Below are positions 35,880 through 49,281 of a DNA stretch of 50,030 bases, one piece after another. Where the stretch lies: NCBI GenBank assembly GCA_002633005.1, contig NMRA01000446.1, positions 125,030 through 175,059 of the forward strand. The letters run 5' to 3'. The notes under the pieces were generated by a model. It was not told the origin of the DNA. It made no database searches and worked only from the letters and a program-made list of their open reading frames with translations. This stretch comes from Phoronis australis (lineage: Eukaryota > Animalia > Phoronida). The position numbers and the translations under genes are program-made. The first letter of the stretch is position 1. Each line of letters starts with the position of its first letter.

Positions 35880-37889
35880 CAGCACACATCACGAATTTTT
35901 GTCCGCCCGGTCGGAAATTGGTCGACGACCGGCCGTCGACCGGTCGTCTAGCCGACCAGCAGCCGACCAACAACGTCGGCTAGGAGCCGTCTGCTGAGTC
36001 GCCTCTGTGGTCGGCACTTGAGTCGGCTAAGTGGTCGCCTAGCATAGATGACCAATTCGGATTAAGCGTGTCCTTGGTCGGCAATTACCATTTTATGACT
36101 TAGCGGGTGAACTTTGGCCAAACAAACATTTGATTGTTCGCTGTTCGTTCACCAGTGGTATCTCCGGTCTTGACATCGGTTTATCAACTTTTGTTACACT
36201 ATTGAAAGGAGGTAAAATCGAATCCTACAAATACGAAGTGCGTGACATTACACCAGCCTCAAACTTTATGTTGAATTAATGACAGTGTGGTAAAATCAAA
36301 CGTTAAGTGAGATCGCGGAAGCATAATTTCTAACTTTAGAAATAAGACTTTTTATACAGTACTTCATGCATAGAAACAAGCACGTTGTTTGAAATTTTAC
36401 AGTACATTTGCATAAAAATCAGAATACAACAATGGATATTTTACTACCTCAAGTGTTTTCATGCAGCGGAATGCTCAACAAGCATCACGCATTTGCGCTC
36501 ATCCGTTATTGCTCTTGATCATCACTTCATCACGCTGTATATTGCGATTTACCACAGATAATTATTGCATATTTCTGTATAATTTCTTAATATGTTGGTA
36601 CAGCAATAGAACCCAAGTTTATTTTAGGAACAACATAAACAATGGTTTGAACATAGCGCCGATATTACATGTAAATCATGGGCGCATGAAAACGGAAGAC
36701 TGTGATCGGTTTATAGTGTCATCATCATCATTCTGAAATTGTTGTCACATTCGCTGTAAAAAATCTTTTCGAAACTAGAGCATTCCTATCTAGCCAGCTA
36801 GTTGTATAAAGGCTATTTTCAAAATACAGCAAGGTGCCACTGCTTATTAAGATCAAACAGACCTCGAAACTTCACACAGCCCAGATAGTTACGCTTTTTG
36901 TCACCTCGTCGAAAAGCTTGTATCAACATGAGCTCAAGACTGGCGGGTGTGCATGCAGAATCTAGAAGTCAATTGGCATTCAAGTTGCCCGTTACGGCAG
37001 TTTAAGCGAAAAACATCCGACGTCATCTTCCTGCGTAATTCTCTGCCTTTTTAACGAAAAAATGTATGCCGTCGTTTAGAAAAAAGTTCATTCGTGACAC
37101 GTGCCACTTCCCATTAGATGATGACAACATCTCGGCAAAATTCGTTCTAAAATTCGGTTCACTGATATCAAAATTCCAAAAACATATAATGAAGTGAAAC
37201 CAATTCTGATCATTTGTTGTGACGTTTACGCAACCTCTTTGGAGAACGTTTGATTGAAGAATCTGGGAAAAAGAAACTGGCTAAAAGGTGAGTGACGCAA
37301 TATTTCATTGGGTCGAAAGTCGACACATAAGATCACACCATAACTTTAGCAGCAGAATAATTGTAAAAAACCATTTTTTGCAACGCTGGTAAATAATTTA
37401 GATTACTCTAGGAAGATTTTATTCGGTCAGTTTTTACCCACATTGGCACAAATTTGTATATTTAATTTAGTAAACAGCTTCGCACCAAGGCTAGAGCCTT
37501 CCGAGCCCTTTGGCGTAAGAACACAATACTTGGTGTTTTGCGTATACTTCAAGGGGTAAAACTTTGAAAATAATATTTTTGGGGTAACCTGGTACATGTA
37601 ATCCTAAAAAAGTAATCTGTGTTTTCATGTAGTGCGTAAAAATGATTAACCCATTGATTCAAAAAGAACACTCTCGCAAACGAAAATGCACACAATTTTC
37701 AGCTATATTACACTGGTTGATGGCCGGTCGGCTGAACGGTCGGCTGGGGAGTCGCCTTATGAGTTGGCACTGTGGGCGGCTGCCGGTCGGCTAATTTTTA
37801 GCCGACCAGTCGGCTAGTTTGCCGACCGGTCGACGGCTAGTCGTCGACCAATTTCCGACCGGGCGGACAAAAATTCGTGATGTGTGCTG
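35880..37889. mobile_element. 2.0-kb non-autonomous TIR element with GC-rich subterminal repeats
   Basis: TA flanks; TIR CAGCACACATCACGAATTTTTGTCCGCCCGGTCGGAAATTGGTCGACGAC is perfect for ~50 bp and continues to ~67 bp; many GCCGAC/GTCGGC motifs in both subterminal regions; no coding relic seen. Confidence 0.92.
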
Positions 37890-39530
37890 TACATTGGTTA
37901 TGGTTCACATTTTAGAAGTCGCATATACTAACCAAAGCTCACTCAGCAGCATGTCATTCAACTGCTCACTATATAACTGCTGCAGAAAAATATTATCTAA
38001 CGGCTATTAGATAATTTTTCACAGAATGACTTTTTGCAAAAACAACTCAAACACCTAGCGTGCCTTTCGTAAATGCGAGAAACTTGCAAAATCGCAATAT
38101 TATGAAAGACTTCGCAAGATATCACTATGTAACACAAGGAGAACACGAGATAACACTAGCCTCCTTCTCAAGAGTCCTGCATCAGCAGAACTGGCAGCCA
38201 TTTGTTGCAATTTTTGAGTGTTTATTTCTGCACCACAATTTGAACCAACAAGTTATTATTAATAGTAAATGTGTTATTTCAATGCATTAGTTATTTCCAT
38301 TACAATTCACAACACAAATCTTTATACCACAAGTTTTCAAGGTATCCCACAATTCATTGCACCTGATCCCAAATCAACAACTACAACAGGGCCTAATATT
38401 CTATGTTTAATTAGAGGCTTAAGTTATCAGCGGGTGCCAGGCAGGGAGATGTGTCACCATCACCAGAATCATCACGTTCCTCGTAAATCTAAGCTGCAAT
38501 CATTATAAGCTGTTACGGAATCACAAAAATAAAAAATTGGATTGTTGTCAAAGGGCATACAGTTACACAACTTATTAAACAAACAGCATTAGTAACATGA
38601 ACATAAAATTAACAATAGGTAGAGAGTTATTTGAAAACATTCAGTGAAAACCGACGGCCAATCAACAAACAGACTTGGTGCACACAACAACCTCGTTATA
38701 ATACAAAATGATAATATATTGGGTTAGGTTGGGTTCCGCAGTTCATCAAAAAGCTGCAAATTAGTCGATGTTTTGCAACATTGACTAACTTATAAAGCAG
38801 TTGAATATTGTTTTTAATTTCAAATTTATCAGATTACTTAATTTGAAGATAGCTAGATTTTGTGATGAGCCTTTGTTACTGAAGTGATAGTACTAATAAT
38901 AACCTGAGGTGTAAAATTTCCCAATGACAACATTACGTACTAAAATTGTTTATTAACTAACTTTTTCCTTATTTCATAGCACACGCATGAGGCATCAAAA
39001 CTCAAGTATAGACACTAACTTAATTCCATGTATAAATGTGCAAATTCTTGTCTTAGATTATTCACATCAACTTTTAAATAACTTTTTCACAAGCTCAGTA
39101 CCATTCAGTGAAATGAAGCAAGGCAATCATGATCATGAAATTGGGGAGACTTCGAGAAGACAAAGGGCACACTCTTAGTAGACTATGTTTGAGTTGACTG
39201 AAACAGCTCAAAAACTAAGCGGGTGACCCCATTTTTCCTTTGTTCAAAACTATGGTTAGTGAGTGACCCCGTATTTCCTTAGTTCAAAACGAAGTAAGTC
39301 ATCCCGTTTTTCCTTATTTCATAAAAAGGGACATCATAATTAAACACTTCATATAAAAATGAAGTGTACCTGCTACAAAAAACAACAAGTAATAAACCCT
39401 AAACTTCAATATAGTGTAATTCTATGAAATATGTTTACCAAGACATTGGGAAATACAATTAAAACTTAAAAACTGACATCTCCCAACAGTATGTTTCTAG
39501 GTAGGGTTAAAACAGTTTAGACATTATTAT

Positions 39531-40062
39531 AAGGGAGGTACTTTACTGTGTGTGGGGTGGTACACAAGGGAGGTACTTTATTGTGTGTGGGGTGGTACAC
39601 AAGGGAGGTACTTTATTGTGTGTGGGGTGGTACACAAGGGAGGTACTTTACTGTGTGTGGGGTGGTACACAAGGGAGGTACTTTATTGTGCGTGGGGTGG
39701 TACCAAACGGGAGGTACTTTATTGTGTGTGGGGAGGTACCAAATGGGAGATAATTTACTGTGTGCGGTGTATTACCAAATGGGAGGTACTTTACTTTGTG
39801 TGGGGTGGTACCAAACAGGAGAAACTTCAGTGTGTGGGGAGGTACCCAAGGGAGGTACTTTACTATGTGTGGGGTGGTATCAAACAGGAAGTGCTTTACT
39901 GTGTGTGGGGTGGTACCTAAAGGAGGTATTCTACTACATGTGAGTGGTACCCAAAGGAGATCACATGAGAGGCGATATCCAAAGGAAATAGGACATGTTG
40001 GATAGTATGCAAAGGAGGTATTTTACAACGTGTGGGGTGGAACCCAATGGAAGTAGTTTACT
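39531..40062. repeat. 35-bp G-rich minisatellite
   Basis: Unit aagggaggtactttactgtgtgtggggtggtacac, about 15 copies, decaying rightwards. Confidence 0.95.
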
Positions 40063-40263
40063 ATCAGTTTGAAGATTTTCAGGTCAAATCTCCGAAAGAG
40101 TGCTCAACATAACTTTAACATAACAAGTAAACTGAGCAGCAGAAGGGTCAAAAGAAACAGCGACTCAACGCTGAAAACGTGACATTGACTCAAGACCTCT
40201 ACAACATGCATGTGCTCGTTAGTGGTCAGCTGGGCAGGACACTGCGACACACATGATAATTAC

Positions 40264-40347
40264 CCTCGCTGACCAACGACTTGACATCGATAGAGGCCCT
40301 ACGCGCTAACGTACGCACTTCGTCTGTGTACGTTCGCACCACAAGCT
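40264..40347 (-). CDS. PDE8: PDE8 linker exon
   Basis: ELVVRTYTDEVRTLARRASIDVKSLVSE (compare vertebrate RKGSLDVK); phase 1-1, 84 nt. Confidence 0.8.
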
Positions 40348-40914
40348 CTGCGATGGATCAAAACAGTCATGCTGTTAAATGTCAGAACCCTGGCCATGCA
40401 CTGCCAGGCAATGCACGTTATGTGAATCTCTAGCCAACCAGCAACCTGCTTTCTGACTGTATTTAAATCCAGCCAATAACAGAGCTTGTTTTAAACAAAC
40501 CATGACCAGGAAAAGTTGAGCTATTTATAAACAGACTATGACAGCAGTCTAACTACCTTGCGAATAAATGGCTTTCTATCGCGTTTCAAATTACGCACCA
40601 CAAAAACTAGAAATCAGTAATGTGCAAAATGCATTTACAACATAATTTCACCTGATTTCCGCCAAGTGCATGGTGTAACACGAGTTTTTGTCAGGATTTA
40701 GCTAAAATTGAAACTGTTTTTAGGCGGAAATAAAAGGTAATTCAGTCTGACTCTGTTTTGTTTGTGAAATTTGATAAAATTTCAACGTTGTCCAGTATAT
40801 TTTGAAAAATGTTGTATGTTAGTTTTCAAAAAAGTTGACAAATATTGTCAACACTCATCGAATTTATGGGTAAAATCGAGAGCAAAATCAGGTGAAAAAA
40901 CAAAAAACATATTA

Positions 40915-42226
40915 CCGTATTTGCCCTAATAAGTGCTGAGGGCACTTAGAAAAATTCTCTTCAGGAAGGGGGGCCCTTATTATAGCCCAAAAGTGGTTGA
41001 AACCCTGTCTCCGAAACAGGTGAAATCGTAAGCTATAATTCATTAAATTTACACTCTGTAACCTATGACAGAGTTTCTACAAAATTGCAGTGCATCACTA
41101 TCAAACTTTGTTGTTAAATTACAAGCACTTTTCAGAAAATCCCAGATTGAAAACTCGCTGACTGATGTGTCGCTGCCTGGCAATCGCCAATAGGTCAACT
41201 TGAATTCTTGAGTAATAAATATAGTAATTTTAACTCAACAAATTACCTGAAGTCCTCCTTAAGTTTTCAAAATAGCTTCCCTAAGATTTTAAGTTCCTTT
41301 AGAGTCGGGATTAACAGCATATTAAGTCCAAATCTGCGCTAGATAGTACTCCGCAACACAAGAAAAATCTTTGGACGAACACACATTGTTGTCACGGGAT
41401 GTTTGTTTTGAAGTTCGTCTGTGTATTGTGTGAGTGAGCGAGCACGTGCATGTCATCAGATTTCATTTGCCAGAGTAAACGCGATGCAACGATCTAGGTG
41501 TGCATTGTAACTAAAGAAATGAACTCAAGCAGTAAAACAGAACGTGGGTCATTTTGACTTTAAAAACACCAATTACGATTAATTTAATAATTCCCCCTTA
41601 AAATTTTTTTACGGTATTATAAAATTTTGAAAATAAGTGCCAGTATTTATTTCCTGCTGATGCTATGCTACCCATTTCATGAATAGATAGTTCCTGAAGA
41701 CTAATCTTCGATGACAGATTCTTGAATATAGCGCGCAATTCCTAGCCACGTGCTTTTAACTGAACAAAGGTCAAGTTTTTATTAATCTTCAATCCGGGGT
41801 AATCACGTGTACAAAGAGATTTGGATTCCTGTTGAGGGAGAATATCTGTACGGAAAAGATACAATACAATCCCTTTGACAAGTACACAGCATCTGTTCTG
41901 AAAGGCCAGACCATAATAGGACATGTCCCTCGCAAGATCTGCAAAACTTTTATGTTCTTTTTGAAGCACCTCGTAAGTTTGAATTGTATAGTCATGGTTA
42001 AATACCGACATAGCCGCAAGGATCGTGGTCTCCAAATTCCGAGCACAATGATTTTTTCAGGACTTTCGGATCTTACTGATAAAGTGAAGATGTTACTGTA
42101 GAATTTTTGAACTGCAGGTAAGGCATTTTTCGCATACGCATGACGTTCATGGACTGGGCACTTATTTTAGTCTGAAAAATGTGTGGGGCGCTTATAGGGC
42201 ATGGGCCCCTATTAGGGCGAATACGG
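40915..42226 (+). mobile_element. pogo/Tc1-mariner-like non-autonomous element (subfamily A) with the best-preserved HIRAN gene
   Basis: TA flanks; TIR CCGTATT(T/C)GCCCTAATA; colinear with the reverse complement of 6933-8343. Confidence 0.9.
41786..42101 (+). pseudogene. Stand-alone HIRAN-domain gene with one frameshift
   Basis: SSIRGNHVYKEIWIPVEGEY / CTEKIQYNPFDKYTASVLKGQTIIGHVPRKICKTFMFFLKH...GLQIPSTMIFSG: hallmark motifs G..Y, NPxD, GHVP. Confidence 0.85.
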
Positions 42227-42448
42227 TATGTAAAACAGTCGTAATCTTTTGCTTCATAATTTTGCTAAGAACTTGGTACCTTTTTTAAAACTACTGAACA
42301 TTACGGTTTATGGACAAACAGCACAGTCATGTGGGATCCAATCTTCAGGCATGGTATAGAGCGATGCAAGAACCGTACGTATCTTCTTACATTCAATGTG
42401 ACACACTTTCCATTGACTGAATGCCAGCAGTAATTAGAAAGAACTTAC

Positions 42449-42531
42449 CGTCTACACTTTCTCGAGTATATTTTTCAAGAGCTTGCGATGAGATTTCCCC
42501 TGACTTTACAGAGACGATGTGTTGAAGTTTT
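42449..42531 (-). CDS. PDE8: PDE8 exon (end of PAS domain)
   Basis: KLQHIVSVKSGEISSQALEKYTRESVD; phase 2-1; tctttcag| and |gtaagt. Confidence 0.88.
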
Positions 42532-43084
42532 CTGAAAGACCAGTCATAGCTAATTACAGCGGGGTGGTTGCACCAACTACAGCACACCTAAGTCACCCCC
42601 ACTTTTCCTTGCCCTGTACTTTCTAGTTATACAAATCTGTCTATACAGAATTGTACGGTGAAGTTGTTTTCATTGTTTCGTCTTTTCTAAGTTTTGGCAA
42701 AAATCAGAAGATAATAACCAACATTGAGCTGGTTGAAAAACTTAGGTCCCTAAATTTCAAAAATTGTCAGAGAGAACTTTTAACTGATTCATCTTTTAAA
42801 GCTGCCAGAAGTTTCAACAAGCTGATAGTTCATTACAATCCAGGATTCCTTCAGACGAGATGTAATGCACGTCTCCTAAAAATGTTAAACCAAGTCAACA
42901 AAACACACAACAATTTGGTGGCACTTGCTGGACTGAAAAGGAATCTTGGAAGCTGGTAAGAACCAGCCTTGAATTAACTTTTGATTTAAGACTAATCAGC
43001 ACCATGGACAGACCTATGTACCACCAGTTGGAGTACTCTGAACACCAGATTTGCAGATTTTTCAGTAAAGTCGCAGATTTTTGC

Positions 43085-43316
43085 GTACAGACCAAATTTA
43101 TCCTAAAATATAGGGGAGGAGGTGTTGAATTTTTCGCAGTGGACCTTTCACTACAAAAATGACGGGCCAGCTCTGAGTTAGAACTTTTGCCAAATTCTTG
43201 TCTTTTTAGTGTACTTTTGTCTCATTTCCTCTCGGACTTTTGGTTTCTCTCAGGACCTTTTAGCCCACTTTGCCAAATGGGGGACTCGTTCAAGCCCCCC
43301 ACTGGGTACGCGCATG
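43085..43316 (+). mobile_element. Second copy of the small MITE family at 9792-10024
   Basis: Shared internal blocks and 3' end ctgggtacgcgcatg; 5' end degenerate. Confidence 0.5.
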
Positions 43317-44633
43317 GGTACATCTCCTACTTACTTGCCTCTGAAACAGTTTCTAAAATACACGTAGTGAACTGATCACGAATTTTCAGAATAATTTAAG
43401 TTCTGAGGGACAATGAGCTTAGTGAAAAGATCTTGTTAATCAATAGAAAAAGTCCTTACTGAACTTAGTTATGTTAATACATGCCTAATGCACACCTCAT
43501 TTCTTAACACGAAAACATCATCTGCAAAAATGTTGATGAATCTGCACTAGACAATGTTTTGCACCAGACAATATTTTCTTAACCATTCACTAAAGTTTTG
43601 AATAATTTTTCATTGCAAGTGTCTGTGAACACGGACCATCGTACTGCATGCGAAAAGACCTCGAGGCCTGAGGCTCGACTGTGGCTCGAGTATTATCGTC
43701 AGCTCAACATGCTACGGAGTCAAGGCAGTCATCATGTCCGCAAAAAAACAACACCCTATACAACTTGCAGTATAAATTCCACGCTCTCTTGAATAAGACA
43801 TTGTCATTGTTTGAAATAACATAGCAAAAACAGATTTTCCCTAATGCTTCTTTCAGAAGCTTCTTTCTTTACAGCTTATATCACGCTTTGCCATTTTGTC
43901 AATAGTACGTACTTAGCCGTAAATAGCCGGAATTAGACAAAGTAAGCAATCCACAAATCACAGAAGTTGTTGCTTATAGGTTAGGACTGTGACACACATA
44001 CTGACAGAAGAGGCCTCACAATTCGCCAATTATCAGGCCTTTTCGAGAATGAAACGAAGCAAGTTTTCTGAGTTTGTAGCTCAATTTTTTGGCTAAAATA
44101 ATGATTTTACAATATTTTTTTTAATTTCTAACTTTAAAATCTTCTTCCTGGTCCATTTCAACTATAAATCCGCGTATTTATTGAGAAACAAGCAAATTAA
44201 TCATCTCTTTTGAATTTGCTGAATTTGCGTATTTTTGCCTGGCCCTGTGTGCTTGCGTACTGGAGGCGTGATTGCCATACGAATCCGCAGTTTTTGCGTA
44301 CGGTACACAGGTCTGCATGGAACTAAGAATCAGCTGGTTTATTACACAGGGGGTTAAGTGGTTTATTTGGTTTGAGATGAACCGACAGTTCACGTTACAG
44401 TGTGAGATCAAGGTCAATAAAGTGACTTTACATGGTGGCCGGGGCCATTTTACGCACTGAGTTTCATTCAATAATTCAATAACAAATTATCAGTTCATTC
44501 CAAACCAACAAATCGCATTTAATCTGAATAAAGAACAAGGCAAAACACATTTTATACAGTAAATACTAAGTGACCCAAGTCGAAAGTTAGCTTAATGGCA
44601 CACAGTGGCTTCCTGTCCCAAAAAGACACGTAC

Positions 44634-44722
44634 CCTTTGCTACCTTCAACAGGGGCTAGCTGTGTGTGATGACAGGTTGTCTCCCCTGATTTCTTTTTCA
44701 CATTGCATGAGCCTTCCCACTT
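44634..44722 (-). CDS. PDE8: PDE8 PAS-domain exon
   Basis: KWEGSCNVKKKSGETTCHHTQLAPVEGSKG; phase 0-2. Confidence 0.92.
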
Positions 44723-45616
44723 CTGAAATGAAAATTTGATCTCTACTACATGTTGTTGGACCATTCACCAGATGAACCAATAATTGTTCAAATATATACA
44801 AGGTGTCACGAATAGCGCCAAGATCCTAATGCAACCTAACCAAAGTTGCATTAAATGAGCACCACACAGCCCACAACCTTGTGATTAAAATTATCAACCT
44901 GTGCTAGTATACCAAAGTGATGCATGACATGAATCCTATGGTGACACCTCATCATTCGACATTGGTTAATTCGACCGGTTTGCATACCTCAAAATCTGCC
45001 ACCGTGATCAGAGACACCGTGCAGTTGTAGTTAATTCGCTAATAAGTAAAACAGAGTCCAAAGTGAAGATCATTCGAAACGCAACTGACAGAATACAACG
45101 AGGAATCGGAGGGAAGACTAACAGATGCATCACTCAAATACTAAATGTCCAAACATACTGGCGAATATATTGCCTCAGGCTACTGATGTTATCTTTCTCT
45201 ATATAAACAAACCCATCATAAACACACTTGGGATGACAATAGTATTTTTTAAATTTTAATTTTGAAAGTTTTTGAAATAGCATAATTATTTGAATAGTAT
45301 GTGTACAGTACATGTGGTTACTTAATAGGTTTTTGAATTTTGAAAATCAAACAAGAAACGTTACATGTTGTATAATGTTGCCTTATGTTCTTCAATAATT
45401 ATGCTTGCTGCGCAATATAATTGGATCAATTACCAAAACCAACAGGCAGCAATTGAATTTTGAGGTATGCCAAGTGTCATCATACAATTCTTGGCATGAA
45501 GTTTTTAACCATGATGTCCCAGTTTGTATTTTAGAGACTCATTACACATGCTGTAATCTGTTAGTAACCTGTGACATCATCAGACAAAACGATATCAACT
45601 GTTTCAACAACCATAC

Positions 45617-45751
45617 CTTCCCCTTCTTGAGTTGGGCATAAATATTGTCGTCCGAGACATGCTTGTCCGACTTTGAGAATTCCCGGCTGTCTCTACCAAC
45701 GACGTCCTCACTGAGGAAGCCTGTCAACCTCTCAAAGGCAGGATTGACATA
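45617..45751 (-). CDS. PDE8: PDE8 PAS-domain exon
   Basis: YVNPAFERLTGFLSEDVVGRD...QLKKGK (PAS core); phase 0-0. Confidence 0.95.
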
Positions 45752-46447
45752 CTGGAAATGTTGATCGTTTATTCACTTGACTGTCTATGCCTAACAAATG
45801 CCTGCATCAGGAATGTCTTAACAAATCCATCAATACTATCCTGCTAAGTATTGTCGAGCAGTTATCAAAAATTTGACAGATCTTAATTCAGAATTTTATC
45901 TGATTAGAATGAAATTTGACGTATAACGAGCAGGAAGTCAAAATTCAATAAACAATAAGAATATTTCATATTATTTACTAATAGGTATTCTAATATTTCA
46001 CTAATGTCCAACAACAAGAATTGCCAAATTTGATCGTTTTTGTCAAATGCTTCAAACGCTTTTGTTAAAGGCCACAAATTCTCAAAACTAGATGCTAAGT
46101 TGTGCTATAGAGTGTAAAAATGATAGGCATTTATTTGCTGCTACTAATTGTTTAGGAAAAAAATGTCTACCAATTAGCATCCTAAATTTATGACATTTTG
46201 CCATAGTTTTGTCCATTTTGCCATAGTTTTGTCAAACATAAAAACAGCAAAAGAAATCAATAGAGCGTGCTGGTAGTCAATATCAATGCACAACTGAAGC
46301 TTTTGTTGCATTTTTTTTTACTGAAAAGTGATACTGACAATGCTGGGCTCTCTTTGTATCAGCTACATAAACCTGTCAACAGGAGAACCAATGAAAACTG
46401 AGTACAGTATCCATCATAGCATGGCAAACCAACAGCTCTCTGAATAC

Positions 46448-46615
46448 CTGTAATTTGTGATCACGTGACATGATCTCGACAGCGTCACCAACATGGTCCA
46501 TGGCAGCAAACAAAGCTTCCGATGCCCGCAGCTTAGTGTTTAATCGAACCTCGTTTCGTTCCAGTAACAGAAGTTCGTTCAAACATGAACCCATATTGTG
46601 GTTTTCATACAATCT
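46448..46615 (-). CDS. PDE8: PDE8 exon (REC-PAS junction); 5'-most exon found
   Basis: RLYENHNMGSCLNELLLLERNEVRLNTKLRASEALFAAMDHVGDAVEIMSRDHKLQ; ttctcttctag| and |gtattc. Confidence 0.93.
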
Positions 46616-47266
46616 CTAGAAGAGAAAAGAAATACAAGCAATCAAAATGAGGCGAAAGTTGATCAACTGAAGTGAAGCTGGTTTGTATAATAGTTACCTT
46701 AGTATTTTTGTCACGTGTCACGTGACAAACATACCTTGACTTACACATGGTTGTAAATTTAAATGTTCTACATTTCAAGACTGTGTTTTGTCTGAAATCT
46801 TTTGGTACATTCACACCAAAATCTAGCCTATCTACAATCAGCACTGCTGTGTTTAAGAGTACCATGGGTAAAACAAGAACATCTTTCATCTATCAAATCT
46901 CGTGAATATGGTCAATCTCATATTGGTGAAACCCTAAGACCCCGACTGGAAACCAGAATTGTTGAAAACAAGAATGCCATAGGAAAAATTCACCAGGACT
47001 ACAGTGCAAATTTTTATATGGTCAAAACAACACAACATCCAATAAGGATAACATCCAGATACTCAACACTGAAGCCAGCTGGACTAAAAGATCAAGGAAG
47101 CTATGTACATGGGCTACATGACAATGTCTTCAGCCAGCAGTAGCAAGCAGCCAAACAATAGCTGGCTAGCACTTCTTAACAGGCAATAAGGCCCTGGCTC
47201 ACCCTTGTTAATAGGTAATAAAAAGGATGTTATGATTATAACAAACTTCCTTCAAAGTTAAATGGA

Positions 47267-47460
47267 TGACTCAGTGACCTAGTGGTTTAGAGAGCTGGAC
47301 TGACTAACAAAAGATACCAGGTTCAAACCCAGGCGACTACCAGGAAAAGATAATCCAAATGTTCACCACGAGTTTATCAGTTACCTGTAAATGCTCGTTC
47401 TTTTGAGAACCCAAAGATAACCAGAAAAATGATCGGCTGACACAAAGAACCAACATAAAT
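47267..47460 (+). mobile_element. tRNA-derived SINE
   Basis: A-box TGACCTAGTGG (47275-47285) and B-box GGTTCAAACCC (47320-47330) at tRNA spacing, followed by non-tRNA body. No acceptor-stem pairing seen; 3' end approximate. Confidence 0.55.
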
Positions 47461-48788
47461 AGGCTTAAGGTTGGTGAAAATTGTCCAAGAGATTATCACA
47501 TCAAAGTGCTTTTCGGACATTACTAGGTGTTGCAATTGACTTCACCATGGGCACTATGGTTATAGCACACAATCTCACACGGTCCGAACAGTCTACTCTC
47601 TCCAACCAATAAAGAACAACATACCAAGAGTGAATACGACCTCAAGGCCTGTCTTTTTGGAGCACCGCCACAGCTTACCAAATCAATTGGTCACATGACA
47701 AACATAGCAATAGGTAACGACTATAAATCTATGTTATACCAACACCATCCATTGTGTAAATGTCCCCATAAAAAATGTCAAGCCTACATTAACACATATA
47801 TTGTGCAAATTTGGCCCTTAAAAATTTGCACCATTACTCTAATCACTTCAAGGTAATAAACTGACACACATATTAAACAGTTTTATTGCCCGAGTTACAA
47901 AGCGCATGTTATGTCAGCCAGAGTAGTCAAACAGATAAGAGCAACACGGACACACAATGAATCGTAGGTGTGTTTATGTGCCGGTGTCCAACTCTTTACC
48001 AAGTCATCATTCACACTGTGACCCATTTTAGCTTTCCAGAAGACATGAAACTGCAAATACTGGTACCAGTTTATAAAAATTGTGAAATATGGGGATGTAG
48101 GAGATGATAAAGCCATTGTTACATACTGGTCAACATGTTAGTAACTAACTATTACCAGGAAGAGATAACCAGGAAGGGACAACTGTTTTAGCGCATTTTA
48201 ACGTGTTTTCAAAAGTGATTTCAAAAGTAAATGTTAAAGTTATGTGGAATTGAAGCATTGTGTTTGAAAGCTTAACTCCTTAGCTATAAAATGACACCAC
48301 GTTGGTCCCCAAAGACTGCATATTATTGGCACTGGGATGCTTTGAACATGACTTGTTTTACCCTTCCAAAAGATGCTTCTTCCCAGGCATGTACTCGGGC
48401 ATGATCCTCTTTTTTGAACCAACAGATGTCACTAATATATGCAAATGAGGCTCGCATGTCCTACGTCATATGACGTCATACGACGCGAACTTCCAATATT
48501 TGAACCCTCAGGTGCTTATAGTGAATGACTTGAAACGCAGTTCTACCTGATTGGGCAGATCCTAGGGCAGATCTAAGAAAATTAGAACTCACACAAGTCA
48601 ATGTTCTTTGGTTTCACATGAAAATACATTTAATTGTATTTGGATACGCTTGCATGTGTGTAAGCGTGGACTTTGTCATTTTGCTTAAACCCAGATTTAG
48701 AAGCAGGTGTTAGTCAAGAAATTCAAGCTGCTCCCGCCACAGTGGCTGATGTCGTGGCGTCCGAGTCGCCGGGAAGTCTGATCCATGC

Positions 48789-48896
48789 ATGCGCAATTCG
48801 ACGAACTAATGCTAGTAGCTGGTCAGCTCCGCTATGATTCATGCGCAATTCGACGAACTAATGCTAGTCGCTCGGGTCAGCTCCGCTACGATTCAT
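48789..48896. repeat. Two-copy ~52-bp tandem duplication
   Basis: catgcgcaattcgacgaactaatgctagt...ggtcagctccgcta(t/c)gatt occurs twice. Confidence 0.9.
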
Positions 48897-49281
48897 TTGA
48901 GACGTGCGGCTTAACTCAAACCTGGGCTGGCTACTATGGTCGTTTTGGTTGACCCAGTTTCGGGAAAAGTTCATTTTAATACGGTCATTTCCTGATGATT
49001 TTCAGCTTTGAAAGATATGATCCCGAAATTCTTGGCCTATAGAGCTGTATCAAAATTCCTTGTTGAAACACGGCCACTGACTGGTCCAGCTGTTCTGACA
49101 GGCGGCTGGGCCGGGGGAATGGAACGCGTGTCCCAAAAATGCACACACTTCAACCCCTGCAGTTAAGTTCTTTTCCCGTCAGTCACATGTGCGCGGATTC
49201 TACGCGGGCAGCCTACTGCATGACTACACCTTATTTTTAACGTGGGTGCGTCACTGAGTCACGACGTGTCCCGAGCCTTAA

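Noticed and set aside
39548-40005. Four overlapping repetitive ORFs (CVGWY.../VWGGT...)
   Set aside because: Translations of a 35-bp minisatellite; the unit is not a multiple of 3 and all frames show the same peptides.
40348-40500. CCAAT and TATA-like motifs upstream of the 40347 exon as an alternative start
   Set aside because: Upstream ATGs are out of frame with PDE8 and the PDE8 frame has a TGA just before the acceptor.
47267-47340. Functional tRNA gene
   Set aside because: A and B boxes are present but there is no convincing acceptor or anticodon stem; better read as a SINE head.
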